Counted from the whole stretch's first letter, positions 1 through 12,791 are shown. The stretch: 51,457 bases of DNA, filler included, from Sphacelaria rigidula (GCA_964200075.2; 4 parts of 4 records of this genome joined end to end with filler, not necessarily neighbours in it); one strand, 5' to 3'. A program made the numbers and translations. The notes: a model not told the origin generated them from the letters alone.

Positions 1-344
1 ATGGCGCACTTGGTGGTATTTCACACGCCGCCATTTGGTTCCCCCCCAAAATATCTCCAGAGGGATGCGCGGCCCTCCAGAGGCAAAACAAGCCTCCGGA
101 GGCATTTTCCCTGATATAACCCCCTTAAAAAAGGGGGGGAAATGACGTTTTCGGTCAGCGCTGTAAGCTCACAGAGTCGGTGAATTGCGCTGAAAAAGTA
201 TCCACGCGATCGAGGGGCACTAAGCCGACAAAAACGTCATCAGGCACCATCGCTGAAAGTGTGGGGAGAGCACTGTTTCAGGCTTCTTGAACCTCATCTC
301 GGAGTTAAACCTCAATTCGCACAATTTGTTGTTTTGTGCGAGAG

Positions 345-965
345 GTGTAGGTCCCAGTCATTTTGGCGTTCATTGACAACCATAGAGAGCATCTGGGCCA
401 TGGTCTGATTAACGCTGTCGGTACCACCGTTACCGTTCGGGTGGTAGGCGCTGGTGGCAATTTTGCGGATGCCCAGGAGCTTGTGAAGCTCATCGAAAAT
501 ATCTGAGCAAAATTGCTGACTATTGTCTGAAAGGAGTCACTTTGGGCAACCGTAGTGCTTAATGTAATCGTGGACCAATATGTCGGCCGTTCCGGCGGCA
601 GTGAAATCTGCGGCGGTTACCGCGTACATCGACGCGTGGCGGCTGAAGCGGTCGGTGAAGAGTAAAATGTAGGTGTTGCCGCGACCTGTGGTCGGTAGAC
701 GGCCATAGAAGTCAAAGGACACAAGGTGGCCGAGCTCGTCTGGGAGTCCCATAGAGATGACGGGCCAGCGTACTGTCTGTCGTGAAGTTTTTCGGGCTTG
801 GCATTGGAAGCATCGCCGAATCCAGAAGCGGGTTGAAATTCCATGCCAACCCACCAGTAGAAGCGTTCCGAGAGCGCGAGAGTGCGGGTGACGCCAAGGT
901 GACATGACAAGTCTGTGTGGCAGCCTTTCATTACCCAGGGGCGCATTAACAATGGCACATATATG
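345..965 (-). pseudogene. Gypsy integrase (HHCC zinc finger plus DDE core), premature stop at 537-539, truncated near 345
   Basis: CHTDLSCHLGVTRT...FYWW.GM; CFQCQARK; VSFDFYGRLP...LLFTDRFSR; after the stop the same frame reads LLSDNSQQF...TSAYHPNGNGGTDSVNQTMAQML...DWD. Confidence 0.9.
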
Positions 966-1914
966 TGCGTTGGTTCGTCATCGAGTAGTCGTGCGTGGCG
1001 TCCCGTGGTTGAGACGGAAATTGCGCCCGTCAAAGGCGTGGGCCGTCGCACGAGTAGTTGCACACCTTCATCCGTAGTAAAAAGGGTGCCTTTACGCACG
1101 AGCTCGTATACGCCAGAAATAAAGGGTGGTGGCAGTGGTCCAACCTGGGCCAAAAGTTTGGATGGAAAAGGGTCTGGACAGTGGAGTTGTAAGTACCGAA
1201 TGGCTGCGCGACATAGCGGTTCTGCGTTTTGTTCGCGAGCCCATTCGCGGTGGGAGTAGCTGGCGAGAAACTCGCGTAGTTGACCTTCCGCTGGCGAGCC
1301 GACCAAATATGGTGGGGCCGGTGGCGGGGGAATAGGCGACAGGGCAGAAATGCCGACGTCAATATCCGTTTCGGAAGCAGGAGCTAAGTGGTCAGCTCCG
1401 TGCTCGGGAGGGGTAGATGTTGGCGGCGCCGTTATGGGCGGTGGGGCTGTAACAGCGCGCGGCGAAGATGGTCCGCGGCGCTTAGTGCACGTTGCAGACG
1501 TTTTCGCGGATCGTAGCGTGTTGGTCCGTGGAACTTGTTCTAGGTGGCTCGTAAAAATTGCCGGTGTTATCGGTGGCGGCGGGGCACTCGGGGTGGTGCG
1601 GGTGGCAGACCGGGAGCGCGTGTTGTCAGAGATACGGTGAGTGACTGGGGGTGTCTCCGCGAAGAGTTTCGCGCGACTACCGAAAGTGCATAAATCGACA
1701 AAATCGGAGGCAGTGGGTTCTAACCCACCCAAGACAGCGTCATATGGTAGAGGACGAGATCCTCCCATATGCATACCGGTTTCCGGGCACTGAAGTTCGA
1801 GGGCGTAAACGGATGTTGAAAAACGTCTGATCGCGTAAATTCCGGGTTCATCGGGTTCCGTAAAACGGCAAGCCGGGCTGGAATCTGCGGCCGTAGGCGG
1901 CAGGGATAGGCGAG

Positions 1915-3320
1915 AAAGAAGATCAGCGTTCCCGTTAGTTTTGCCTGGACGGTGCTTAATGGTATAGTGATATGCTGTTAGAAACTCCAACCGTCGTTGT
2001 ACACGCGGGTTGTGTTCGCCGACCTTGGCGAGTTGTTCGAGTGCCCCATGATCCGTATAGATCTCAACGGGCACGTGAAACAGCTTTTGTCGAAGGCGCT
2101 TCATGGCTCAAATGATCACTCCACCTTCCAGTTCTAGCGGGCTCCAATTTGGCCTCGTTGGGCAGGGTAGCTCTGCTGATATAGAGGGTTGGTCCGACGG
2201 AGCTATCAATCTGAGGTTGATTCAAAACTCCTCCAAATCCGTTTGTGCTGGCATCAGTGTGGAGTTGGAAAAGACGGGAGCCATCTTGTACTGTTTCCCA
2301 ATCAGGAAAGCAGAGTCCCGGCTTTTCGATAAGCGTCTTGGGTAATTCACGGGTGATATTCTCCATTTCGGTTGTGAAGGAAAACACGGCTTCTTTTGTT
2401 GAGTAACTCACACGGGTAGCCACTGGCGTGCCTGTAACCTCAAATTTGGACGTTACAGACCTTGTGCAACGTCTGTAACGTCCAAATTTGAGGTTGCAGG
2501 CACCCCAGCAGCCACCCGTGCAGTAAGGGGGCGAATCCGTTTCGATAAATTCGGAAACAAAATTGCGGTAGGAGGATAGTCCGCCCAACAATGAACGAAG
2601 TTGAGAAATGTTAGTTGGCATCGGCAAGTCAGTCATCGCTGTGACTTTGTTTGTATCCGGATGCAGTTCTGCTGGCGAAATAGAATGCCCTGAGAAATCC
2701 AAATCAGTCGCACCCAGGCGAGCTTTGGATGGAGACAGCTTCAAATCGCGCGTACGTGGGCGAGAGAGAAATTCTCGTAGAGTGCGTATATGTGCAATAG
2801 GTGAGGCATCAAAAGCGATAGCGTCCTCCAGGTAGGTGATGGTGTGCTCGAGACCTTTAGTGACGCGTTGCATTAACCGTTCAAAACATTCCGGGGCAGT
2901 GGCGGCGCCTTGTGACATTCGAAGCCACTCATAGAGTCGGGACGAGGTACAAAAAGCCGTCCGTGGGACTGTGTCAGGGTGTATAGCATTCTAAACAAAT
3001 CCAGAAGCGAGGTCGAAGTTGCTGAGTATTTTTCCTTCGCCTAAGGAGTCGAAGACTTCATCAATACGGGGAACTGCAAGTTTACCGACTACAGTAACGC
3101 GGTTCAACCGTTGATAATTCACGGTTATGCGTATGTTTCCAACCTTTTGGGGACGACCACAAGTGGCGAGGCCCAAGGAGAGGAGGAATGTTGTATTAAT
3201 CCCGCTCCCAAACACGCATCCAAGATGATGTTGACTTTCTTGGTGAGGATCGGGTTTGGTCGGTATGGCCGAGAAGAAATCGGCGAGACACCGGGTTGGA
3301 GGGTAACCTCAAAGGGCACT
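1915..3320 (-). pseudogene. Gypsy reverse transcriptase and RNase H, frameshifted; catalytic YxDD reads YLED (2823-2834)
   Basis: ORF fragments 3125-3319, 2991-3215, 2064-2918 and the start of 617-2104 carry successive RT and RNase H motifs. Confidence 0.93.
2411..2520. mobile_element. 110-bp hairpin MITE (CAC...GTG termini, 2-bp CA target duplication) inserted in the RT
   Basis: 2411-2460 is nearly the reverse complement of 2471-2520. CA occurs at 2409-2410 and 2521-2522. Removing the insert and one CA restores RIRPLTELL. Confidence 0.88.
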
Positions 3321-4069
3321 GTTTTGCAATGCCCAAAATACGTCTTGGATCGGGAAAATCGGTGTTGGTACTGTAGCAGGACATCACTGAGTTCTCGGAT
3401 GACTGCCGGTTCCTAGCCGGGCCTATGAAGGTCAAAATTGATGTCGCGCATGTGTGGCGGCAGCTGGTGTCACATCTGCAAGAAGCTATTCCGAGAATCT
3501 GGTGTTGAACGTTGAAGCACTTCAGCAGGAGGACCGGACTTTGACGGGGCAGGATCCACGGTGTGGACCTGGGGTGGAGTCGCAGAGGCCAGGTCGAAAA
3601 AAGGTTCATCGATATAATGGACTAACTCCGCCGGAGATGTGGCGTTTGGCGCGGCAGGCTCTGTTACGCACGTCTGGAGTGGAATGTGCATCAGGGGAGC
3701 AGCGGCGATTCCTAAACCATCGCCGGGTTCCAAGTTAGCATAACCCGTAAGGGAGTACTTGTTGTCCCACCGACACAAAATGTTCTGTGTCGGCTGGTGC
3801 GCCAAAACGGGGTAAATTTCGGCAAGATAATGGGCCGTAAGTGCTGGCATACCATTTCGGCGAATTAGTGCGACTTCTAGAATTCGAGGGTCGTCGGAGA
3901 GTGTAATACTAACGCTACCGTTGTTTCGTAGGTGGTAAGCAGCCCCGGTTGCTTGAGGATTCTTCTGGTAGGCCAGGGCGCCGTGAAGAGTACCAAAGTC
4001 TTCGAGGTTAAATTCTCCACGAGGCGTGGAATGTGACGCTAGGGGTGGAAGAGTGCGGTCGGTGCGTTT

Positions 4070-4420
4070 ATTAAGCCGCATATAGCTATCTCTGCCCAAT
4101 AGGATGGCGTGATGCATTGTGCCGTCGGGGACAATGTATGCCCAGACTGCCAGGCTGGTAGATCGAGTGGTGTTGTGAAATAATTGCACACTGAGACATA
4201 CGGGTTTACGTGTCGTCAGTGGTGCGGCAGAATCACCGAAACCGCCCTACACTCGAGGTTTGGTGGTGGTTTCGCAAGCTGCGGTGGCAGCGCCAGGCTG
4301 TTTCATGTGTCTCCATATTAATTCTCGAATGAACGTTTGCGGGCTGCCGCTGTCCAACAAGGATACGCATTTCGTAGGCGTGATAGCGTTTAGACCGGAA
4401 TGGATCGCAACGCGTGTAGT
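4070..4420 (-). pseudogene. Retropepsin-type aspartic protease of the Gypsy element
   Basis: CVSLLDSGSPQTFI (DSG at 4346-4354) and downstream AILLGRD motif. Confidence 0.85.
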
Positions 4421-5352
4421 GAAAGTGGTCGGATCTACAGACACCTTACCGCCGACAAAATCCGGACCGTCTTCTGGCATGGTAAATTGGTCAGGATCAG
4501 CGGGGCTGATAGCAAAAACGCACGGCGGGTGATCCGCCGGTGGGTGAGATGTCTCACCATAGAAGGGGGTGGGCGGTATATTATTCCAGGTGTGGCACGG
4601 TCAGAGTGGCCATTGGCGATTTCGTAAATGATCGTCTTTGGTTGACAGGGATCACCGTCCAAGGGGGATCCAGTATGTGCGGGCCTGGAGTCGTCGAGTG
4701 AGGAAGTAGTGTCGTCAGAACTATTTGATTTTGTTCCTTTCGGCATACTTGATGGAGCCGTCGAACTCAAAGTCGTTATATTTTGGAGAGATTGAGGTCG
4801 AGGAGTTTCGCTCGAAATAGGTGTACGTGATGATGCGCGCGCGTCCTTGTGGGCATGCTTACGGGGCTTTCTCTTTCGCTGTGACAAAGGTCGGGGAACT
4901 TCCAAAACATTTGGGATGAAACCACAACTGCGTCTAGTTGCGTGGATGGGGTCAGGATCGGGGCATGACGGAGCGAAACTTGTGGGCTGCTTTCCGTCGG
5001 CAAGCTTGGCTGTTGGGTCATAGCCAAAGATATGTTGGGGCGGGTGTTATCAGAACCGGCCAAAGGTAGGTCTGTACGTGTTGAAAATCGTGGGGAAGGA
5101 GCTGGATCCAACTGATTGGAAATTACATGATCCGAGGTGGTCAAGTTCAAATCAGCAACACTTGGGTCAGCTGGAGAAGGCTTGCTACTACCTGTGCATG
5201 CGGTCGCTGAGAGAAGCCTTTGCCTCAGGGTCTGGCGGTTGGTCTTCCCACACCTCAGACTCATAGTCGGCACTGAAGGACCAAGTTTAAAGCCGCGTGT
5301 AGGTCTGAGTCGCGGGTTGACACAACTGTTACGCGATGTGTGGAGGGGTGAA

Positions 5353-5570
5353 GACGGGGGTCGATATGAACGGCCGTCAGTTGTGCTCCTGCATAGTGCC
5401 GGGGGAGCCGGGCGAACAATCTTAGTCGCGGTCTCTGCGGGCTGTGTTGAAAAATTGTGGAGGTTCGAGACGGGGGTCGATTTGAACGGCCGTCAGTTAC
5501 GCATTTTGGATAGTGCCGGGGGAGTCGGGTGAGCAATCTTAGTCACTGACTCCGCGGGCTATGTTGAGAA
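5353..5570. repeat. Two-copy ~117-bp tandem duplication inside the Gypsy polyprotein region
   Basis: GACGGGGGTCGAT.TGAACGGCCGTCAGTT...ATAGTGCCGGGGGAG...CAATCTTAGTC occurs at ~5353 and ~5469. Confidence 0.85.
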
Positions 5571-5915
5571 AGTCTTCGCTCGCGCTGTCGGCGGCGTGGA
5601 AGACCGAAGAACACCGGCGTCGGCACGTCATGGATCTAGGCGACCCGTAGTGAAGGTACCAGGGATTCTGGTGTTGGGATTCGAGTGTTTTGTTGATCCC
5701 GTCCGCTGGTGTCTATCAGCGGAACGTTTGTTGTCGCGAGACGTTTGATCGTTCTGGCGAGGGCTTGCGTGATTGTTTTGTCGGCGACCGCGATCAGAGC
5801 TTTTGTTGCCACGTTGGTTCGAATTGTTGCGGTAATTTCGATTAGGTGGGCGATAGTCGCGCATGCGTTTTTTCCCATCGGCGCCACGCGGGCTCAATGT
5901 CCTGCAATTCAGAGT

Positions 5916-6970
5916 TCATGAGATCAAGGCATTGATGCATGGACTGTCGCAGTCGCGCATACTGTGGCCTTGAACACTACAGTTGATGCAACTGTTGGCA
6001 TGACTGCTAAAGGCATTGCGTCTAGCGGAAGACAAAAGAAGTGAGTTCCACAAATGGGGGTCATCTGTAATGAATGCCGTTGTTGACGTCAAATAAACAT
6101 TATCCCAATTTTCCTCGGAAAATGGCCAACCGTCAAAACTCGCGGTGAATGCATCTTTGGTACTTTGAACATACATAACTGACCCGGCGACCGAATCGGG
6201 GGTCCATGAAGCGCGAGATGAGCTCGAATTCCTGCCGCGAGCCCCTTGGGCATGAGCGGAGGACACAACAGTAGGTTGTGAACGCACAGACGTAGAAGGT
6301 TCGTCACGTATGGCGGGCGTTAGATTACCCTCTTGGTGTACAAGGGCAGACCACATAGTATCAACAGAGGCGTAAGGTACCTCGTGATGCGCCAAGACAC
6401 CCGGAAACAACGATGGCATCAGAGCCGGATACTGTTGAGCAACGCTATTGCGAATTTAAGTCTGACATATTGCATCGCTCGGTCCATTTTGGCGTTCCAC
6501 ACCCGTAGTACCCGAAACCAAACGCTTAAATTCGCGGAGATAATCCGCGAAGGGGACATCCGATGCGACAGCAAAAGAGCTCAGCCTCTGGATGGCGCTG
6601 GCTTGGTCAATTTTGTCAAAATAACCAATCAAAAGCCTCTCCAAATCGGAGAACAAAACCGGGCCTGTCTTCCCCTTTGCACGGTTCGGATCTATGTCGT
6701 CGAGGAAGCCGTCGAAGATCTGTGTTAAAGAAGCAGCGATGTCGAGGGGCGGCGGCTGATGGATCGATGCAATGCGTTATGCAGGGGAGTCCGCCAGCCC
6801 TCTACCCAATCGAAATCTTCGAAAGGTTGTGTGCCAATTGCATCCGCCAAGTGAAGGATGTTACAAACAGTGCGACGAATGGACGTGATGAGGGCAGAAG
6901 GAAACTGGCCCGAATCTTCGTTATCCGCAGTAGGCATGGGTTTATTGTGCCAGAGCTTTTTCACATCCAT
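5916..6970 (-). pseudogene. Gag-like region with CCHC zinc knuckle (5949-5990)
   Basis: ORFs 6725-6970, 6456-6656 and 5916-6419. Cx2Cx4Hx4C lies upstream of the protease. Confidence 0.8.
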
Positions 6971-7076
6971 CTAAAGATACTGTCTCTGTATTGTAGCTAC
7001 TCGGGCAGACTCGGCTCTATCGGAAGCTGTTTTTTTTACTGGCTTCGGAACGTTCTTTGTCAGCTGTGGCGGTTGC

Positions 7077-10000
7077 TTAGGCGCGGGCTGCAGTAGAAGA
7101 CAATGGGCGGCCAGGTGTGTCCATATCGGATAAACCTAAAATGCGGGCCGAACATTCGGCCAATTCAAGGATCACTTGCCTTGGTGTCGCCGGACCCGAG
7201 GGGGGAAGGTCTATACCGGACCGGTTCCAGCCGGTCGCGGAAGATCCGGAAGAATTACCCCCGTTTTCTTGCGAGGCCGCGGGGGTTGCGAGCCGGGCGG
7301 TTCGGTCCAGAGCCGCCCGAAGAGGATCCTCCACCACCATGGCGGCGGCGTGGGCCTCCGCCATCGTTGTCATCGTCATCCCGGCGGTGGTTCTTCTTGT
7401 GTCCCCGGCAGTTGGTGGCTGCGGAGTCCACCCATCTTTATCTTCGTTTTCGTCGCCGATGGTGGGCACGTTCTACGATAGCCCCACCCCGAAAGTGCAT
7501 GTTTTTGGGGGGGAAATCTCAACGTAAATCGAAATGGGAGAAGACGAGCGCAACGAGCAGCTGGGAATTCCCACGCTTGGGTTCGCTCTAGCCAATGTCG
7601 CCAATATGAAGCACTTTATGCAGCATGAACTCAAACATCAGGCGCTGTATGGCCATGTTTTTTGTGACACGTTTGGGCTGGTTTTGGGGGGGTGCCATCG
7701 TAGAAAGTGTCGGTGGCGCCGGGATCAGGGTTGTGAGCATCGCGTAGCGCCGCAAAAAATCGGTGACAGCGTCGATGTGACTCTGGTGATGCGGGTGATC
7801 GCCGATACTCGTTTGAAGGACCAGTTGACCCAAGGTGAGTACCGATACGCCCTCATCGGGGAAGAAGCCACCCTGCTCCACGTAAACACTAATAGCATAG
7901 AGCTGCGAAATTAAGGTCCAAGCCTCGTGGGAGCAGTGGAGGTGGTTCCTTCTGCGGAAGGACTTGTATGATCGGCCGCGGAACGAGAAAGCCACACTCA
8001 TTCGTGAGGCGCAAATTGCAGACCTGACGTCAGGCGGGCATCGGCCGCCGAGCTAGGTGCACGAGGCGGGCGTGTCGGCGCCGTCGTGGGGACGGCAGCG
8101 ACCGCGGCATACGACATGGTGTCCGTGTCACGGGGAATGACGTAAGTGGACGTATTGGTCGTTGACTGGTGGTGGGCGTGACCACCGGGCGTGTTGCCGA
8201 TGGACGGCGGAGAGGCCGGATGGTTGGAGAGACGGACCACCGACGTGGCCGCGTCTTGGGCAGTTCGGCGGACATGCTCCTCGAGTTCCTTAACGCGCTG
8301 CTGGGCCGCCAACGCAGCAGTGCAGCCCTCCTGTAACGCGCGTTGCGCCGCGGAGTTGGTAGTCTGCGCCCGAGTAGCCTGGCGCTAAAGGTGTAGATGC
8401 TTTGCAGCGTGTTTTTCGACGATGACGCGTGCCGTAGCAGCGTCGGCCTCCCTCTGCTGCTCAAGGACGTCGTGGGCCAGCGCCGGTGCATATGAGGCAT
8501 AATCGTTGATCAGTTCTTGTTGTCCCGCACGGGGGCGGTTTCTGAAAAGCCTTAACAGCAGCCCGGTAGGGCAATGCTCGTCGTCGAGCGAAGGGAGATC
8601 CTCCACAGAAAGGGGCAAGCGCACGGGGACATCCGCGACCGGGCCAGTGGTTGGGCCACTATCGTCGTCAGTATCAACCGCAGAAGGGGGCGAGCGCACG
8701 GGGGCATCGGCGACCGGGCCAGTGGTTGGGCCACTATCGGCGTCAGTATCAACCGCAGACGGGGCGGCGGTGGGTGTTGGAGCCGTCGTGGGGGCGGCAG
8801 AAGGCGCAGCGGCCAAGGTAGCAGCGGCGGCAGCGGCGATTTTAGGGGCAGCAGTAGCTGCAGGAACGCCGGTGGTCTCCGTCGTGGTCTTAGCGGTGGC
8901 GGCAGTGGATCTTGAGGTAGCCATAGTTGATAGTTTTTGCTCGAGGTCTGTCAATCGTTGTTGAAGAGAGCGAATAAGAGTAGCGTCGGAGCGTGACGGT
9001 GGATCGCGGTCATTGCGGGGTCGTCGGTTTTGTGACGAAGTGCGGCCGGATCCCTCAATTGAGGATTCCCGGGCCGGTGACATGTCCGAAAAAATATTCT
9101 GGATATCGTCAGCATGTACAGTGTTATCATCGCGTAAATGACGGCGGCGTGACAGATGCGGAGCAGGAGCGGTGCGTGCGGTTGCATTATCGGTGTTCTT
9201 CGAGCGCGAGTGAACGCGCGATGAACCTGATCTGTGCCACGAATCATCCTCGTGAGCACGGTCGCGGTTGGCATTCACCGGGCGCTCCGGAGCGCGCGAT
9301 GAATTGGAACTGTGGCGTGAACTCCCGTCATATATGCGACCATGAGCGACATTCTTCGGACGTGTAAAAGTGCGCGATGAATTCAAGCTTTGCTGGGAGT
9401 TGTCCTTTGAAGTGCTAGCATGGGTGACGTGGTCGTGAACAACTGTCGGTGTGCGGCGTCGGTCAGGAGCACCAGCAAGATTCTGGTTGGACGTCGAGAA
9501 GGGGCTGGACTCATGTTCGTTGAATTTTCCATGAGTGACGAACGGAGGACGCGATGTCGACGATCGGGGCGCCAAACGTACGGGTTTGGGCGTGGCAGGT
9601 GCAGAATCATCATTGAATTGCATGTGAGCAGACGCCGATTGGTCTTGGAGCGTGGCCTGGCAAAAAGCCATGAATGCCTCGATGAGAGCTGAAGTCGGCG
9701 AGTGCGCCGACGCCGAGAAAGTGCGATGCATAGTCTGTAGCGCAGAATGCATGGCCGCGACTGCTGGTCCGACATTGGACTGCGCAGTAGGGCGCATGGG
9801 ACTACCGAGAGTCGTGCGATGGGGGTCCGTAACGGAAGCAGCCCGTGTGACAAAGTATCTTGCTCCAGGAGCGATACGTTTCGTCGGGACTGAATCGTCT
9901 CGAGAGTTCCCAACCGTAATGCGACGGGGTGCCACGATTGAAGCAATCATTACAGGGCCAAGCTGGACACGTGTGTCCAGGGGCAACGACTCAGCTTGGG

Positions 10001-10401
10001 GCACAATCCTGACTTCGGATTCCACATTGGGGTTCGGAAGAACAGGCCGCAGCGAGGGGGGTGCTACGGAATCCACCGTTATGGGTTCACTGACATGTCC
10101 GTCAGGAGCCAATGGCTCAGCCGGTGGCACAAGCCTGTTCTCTGAGTCCGAGTCGGAACGTGAAAAGAACAGGTCGCGGCGTCATAGTCTTGTCTTCAAG
10201 CCTCAAAGAACTAGCATCGCTCGAAGGTTGGTCTTCAGATCCCGAAGATCGGACAGCGCTCGCATACGTGCGTCGATGAGTTGAAGGTGACGTGACACTT
10301 ATATTAAACGGTTTCGGACCGCCAGTGGTTTGACTCCGCGTCCGACGAAGCGATTGGTTTCCCAATTGAGGGGAGGACCCAGCGTTATTTCTGTGCGACA
10401 T
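7077..10401 (-). pseudogene. Long Ser/Pro/Thr/Ala-rich N-terminal extension (or ORF1) of the Gypsy element, includes the 581-aa open frame 8385-10130
   Basis: Successive same-strand ORFs from ATG at 10401. The reading is continuous across the MITE at 7465-7711 once removed (PDPGATIGDENED). A 75-bp internal duplication lies at ~8635-8760. Confidence 0.6.
7465..7711. mobile_element. 247-bp MITE (family A), TIR G(A/G)CAC(T/G)TTCTACGATRGC, 4-bp TSD GGTG
   Basis: TIRs at both ends; GGTG at 7461-7464 and 7712-7715. Internal sequence recurs at 17034, 29118 and 38330. Confidence 0.9.
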
Positions 10402-11154
10402 GATAGTCGTACGCAACTTGTGTACTTCAAAAGGCAGGAGCAGTGTGTCTGGTCGTCGGGCTCTAATCAAAGGAGCGTGACTCCAAGAAATGCTAAGTGC
10501 AACGGCCGAAGCTTGTATCCGAAAATACGAGATAATGAAGCCCAATAGCGCCTTGGGGGACCTTGGGAACCTGATGAGCTCGAGTATTATTATTCAAGCT
10601 AACTGCTGTATGTAACAACAATGTCGAGGGTCTGGTTAATACAACTATCTAAGTTGTGGCGGAAATAGCTATCAACGGAAGCTCGGGATTGCGCACAGGA
10701 CGGACATATGGCGTCGAAGGAAGGCGAAAATCCAATTGTCTGTAGCAGCGTTGGTACGTGAAAGTAGTACACCTCACACGTGTTCCGGTTGTGGCGTCAC
10801 GGGCAGACTATACGTGTATTATCCCGGCACAAGCTGAGAAACGACTGGCGGTGTTGACTGAATTTTTTTGATGAGCACCGAAAGATCGTGCGGCGTAGGG
10901 CAGCACAAAAGCTTCTACAACGCTTGGGATGTAGACCGCAAGGTCGGACTGCGTATTGCGGGATGAAAGCTTGTTACACGACGGAGTTGGGACAACGTAC
11001 GTATATGAAACAAAGTTGAAGTTGTGCGCAGCAGGGGCAACGCTGAGGGCGGGTGTCGAAAAAACGGTAGTGCACAGGCAAGGGGCACTGGTTCCCAGTG
11101 CCATCTGCTCCAAGTAAGCACGTAACGTAGGTCGTGAATGTTACGAACGAGTTA

Positions 11155-11458
11155 AACGCGACGAAACTGTTTCGGAACATTTCATTATTATTTGACCGAG
11201 AGGGGGTCAATGGGTAAAATCTAACGACCCGTTGTGCTGTGTATTGTTACTGACCACGGTGATGTACAGCGCTGCTCTTCAGCTGTGCGAATTACACCAG
11301 AAGAGAACAACAACAAAGTAGCTACGACGGACAGAACGCGACGAAACTATCTCCGAGCAATGGATTATTATTTGGCCGAGGAGGGGTAAATGAGGAAAAC
11401 CTCACAGTCCATTGTGCTGTGTATTGTTACGTACCACGGTGATGTACAGCGCTGCTCT
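11155..11458. repeat. Two diverged ~125-bp direct repeats (period 180 bp) in the probable 5' LTR region
   Basis: AACGCGACGAAACT...TTGTGCTGTGTATTGTTAC...ACCACGGTGATGTACAGCGCTGCTCT occurs twice. A candidate LTR end TGATGA is at 10572; the other LTR boundary was not determined. Confidence 0.75.
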
Positions 11459-11751
11459 ACTAAGATGAGTAGAAGTTCTCGCAGTACTTTTCATTTTCAC
11501 TTTTACCTACCGTTCATATCCGTTCTATGTATTGGAATGAGCGTATAGTGCCCGCACTCGCCCGCACCCGAGCTTCTCATACTGTATATAATATGGTGGA
11601 ATTATGATAATGTATCCAAAGTGTAGCATTTACATAAGATGATATTTGGCGCTACGCTTCGAAGAAGATGCGTGTGTGTTCTGAAGGTGAAAGGTACACT
11701 TGTGGTCGTGCAAGTAGTTGGCCGATGTTCGAACCTTGTGTCTACCTATAT

Positions 11752-11825
11752 TTGCTCGTAGTGCGTGAGTAGAACACTGTTTCTTCACACCGGAAATTGA
11801 GTTCGAGTCCTGGGTCGGGATTTGT
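11752..11825 (+). mobile_element. Possible degenerate tRNA-derived SINE head
   Basis: B-box-like GAGTTCGAGTCC near 11799-11810 with a weak A-box upstream; no intact cloverleaf. Confidence 0.3.
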
Positions 11826-12204
11826 TTCCCTGCTGGTGGTGCCGTAAGAACACACTTTTTCTACACCGGGAGTAGATTTTGTCTTCCACTGCAACCTTCG
11901 CACTTTCTCTCATCATTCATCCCCGCGGTTCTATTCCTCGTCTCGCAAATTTTGTTCCCATCATCATAATATCATCCCTTCCCACTTCCATCAACCAACA
12001 TCGTCTTTTCTGTAAACAAACACAATAACCTCGAAGACATCGGTACGAGCGGAGGGAATGCTACGACATATCGACCGTTGCCCTCTTTCTCAGTCCCGCT
12101 GCAATCTTTTGCGTACACACTTTTCCTCATCGTTCCACCCGCAATGCAGGACTTTTTCTCGTAAGACGTCTTATTTCTCCCATAAACATGAAACTGTGAC
12201 CGAG

Positions 12205-12448
12205 AATCATTTCTTACTGGAGCTTGGCGCGACAAGGATAGTGCGACCCTCCAAGAAGACGGACGGGACCGGGACGGCACAAAATGACTCGAGCACACGA
12301 GTCATGCTCGTTGTGTACTCAAAAAACATCCACGAGTGCACTCGTTTCGACGAGTAATGACTCGTTCGACGCATTAATCATTTCTCACGAGAGCTTGGCC
12401 AGGCATGAATACCGCGACCCTCCAAGAAGACGGACGGGATCGGGGCGG
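12205..12448. repeat. Direct repeat with period ~171 bp and small hairpins in the spacer
   Basis: AATCATTTCT...GAGCTTGGC...GCGACCCTCCAAGAAGACGGACGGGA.CGGG.CGG at 12205-12277 and 12376-12448. Confidence 0.75.
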
Positions 12449-12791
12449 TAGCCCCGGTCCTGAACGGCTTGTATATACATATACAAGGTTCCCCTTCGGA
12501 AGGTTGGTACCGGCCTCCCGGGGGTGACGCAAGTCGAAAATAAACCAGTGTTATTCCTTTTTCATATTATGGAGCCAATTGTGTGGGAGAATTTGTACCT
12601 TCCAGTAGATAACAGTGGATTCTCGAAAACGGGGTTGAAAAAAATGAGGTTCAACTAAAAAAACGGGCTTCCCCTGACCTAAGTTCATGACAAATGACTT
12701 TCATATGGACCACTCCATCCCTCCCGACCTCCCTAAAACTATTTCGAGGGATTACGAGCCTTCCGTTTCCCCAAAGGGTATGTGCGAAAGC

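Larger units (their letters stand above)
345..10571 (-). mobile_element. Decayed Ty3/Gypsy LTR retrotransposon, internal region (gag-PR-RT-RH-IN order), 3'-truncated within integrase
   Basis: Minus-strand motifs in Gypsy order: CINCSVQGHSMRDC knuckle, LLDSGS protease, SSSPWASPLVVVPK / DLASGF / YLED RT, LHTDAS...YTDH...NADLLSR RNase H, H..H..C..C and core integrase. Many stops and frameshifts. Confidence 0.95.

Noticed and set aside
915-10284. Numerous plus-strand ORFs over the Gypsy element
   Set aside because: They are antisense shadows of GC-rich coding sequence with no recognisable motifs.
10571-10600. CTGATGAG as a hammerhead ribozyme core (also 26598 and 42585)
   Set aside because: No stem II followed by GAAA in the required position.
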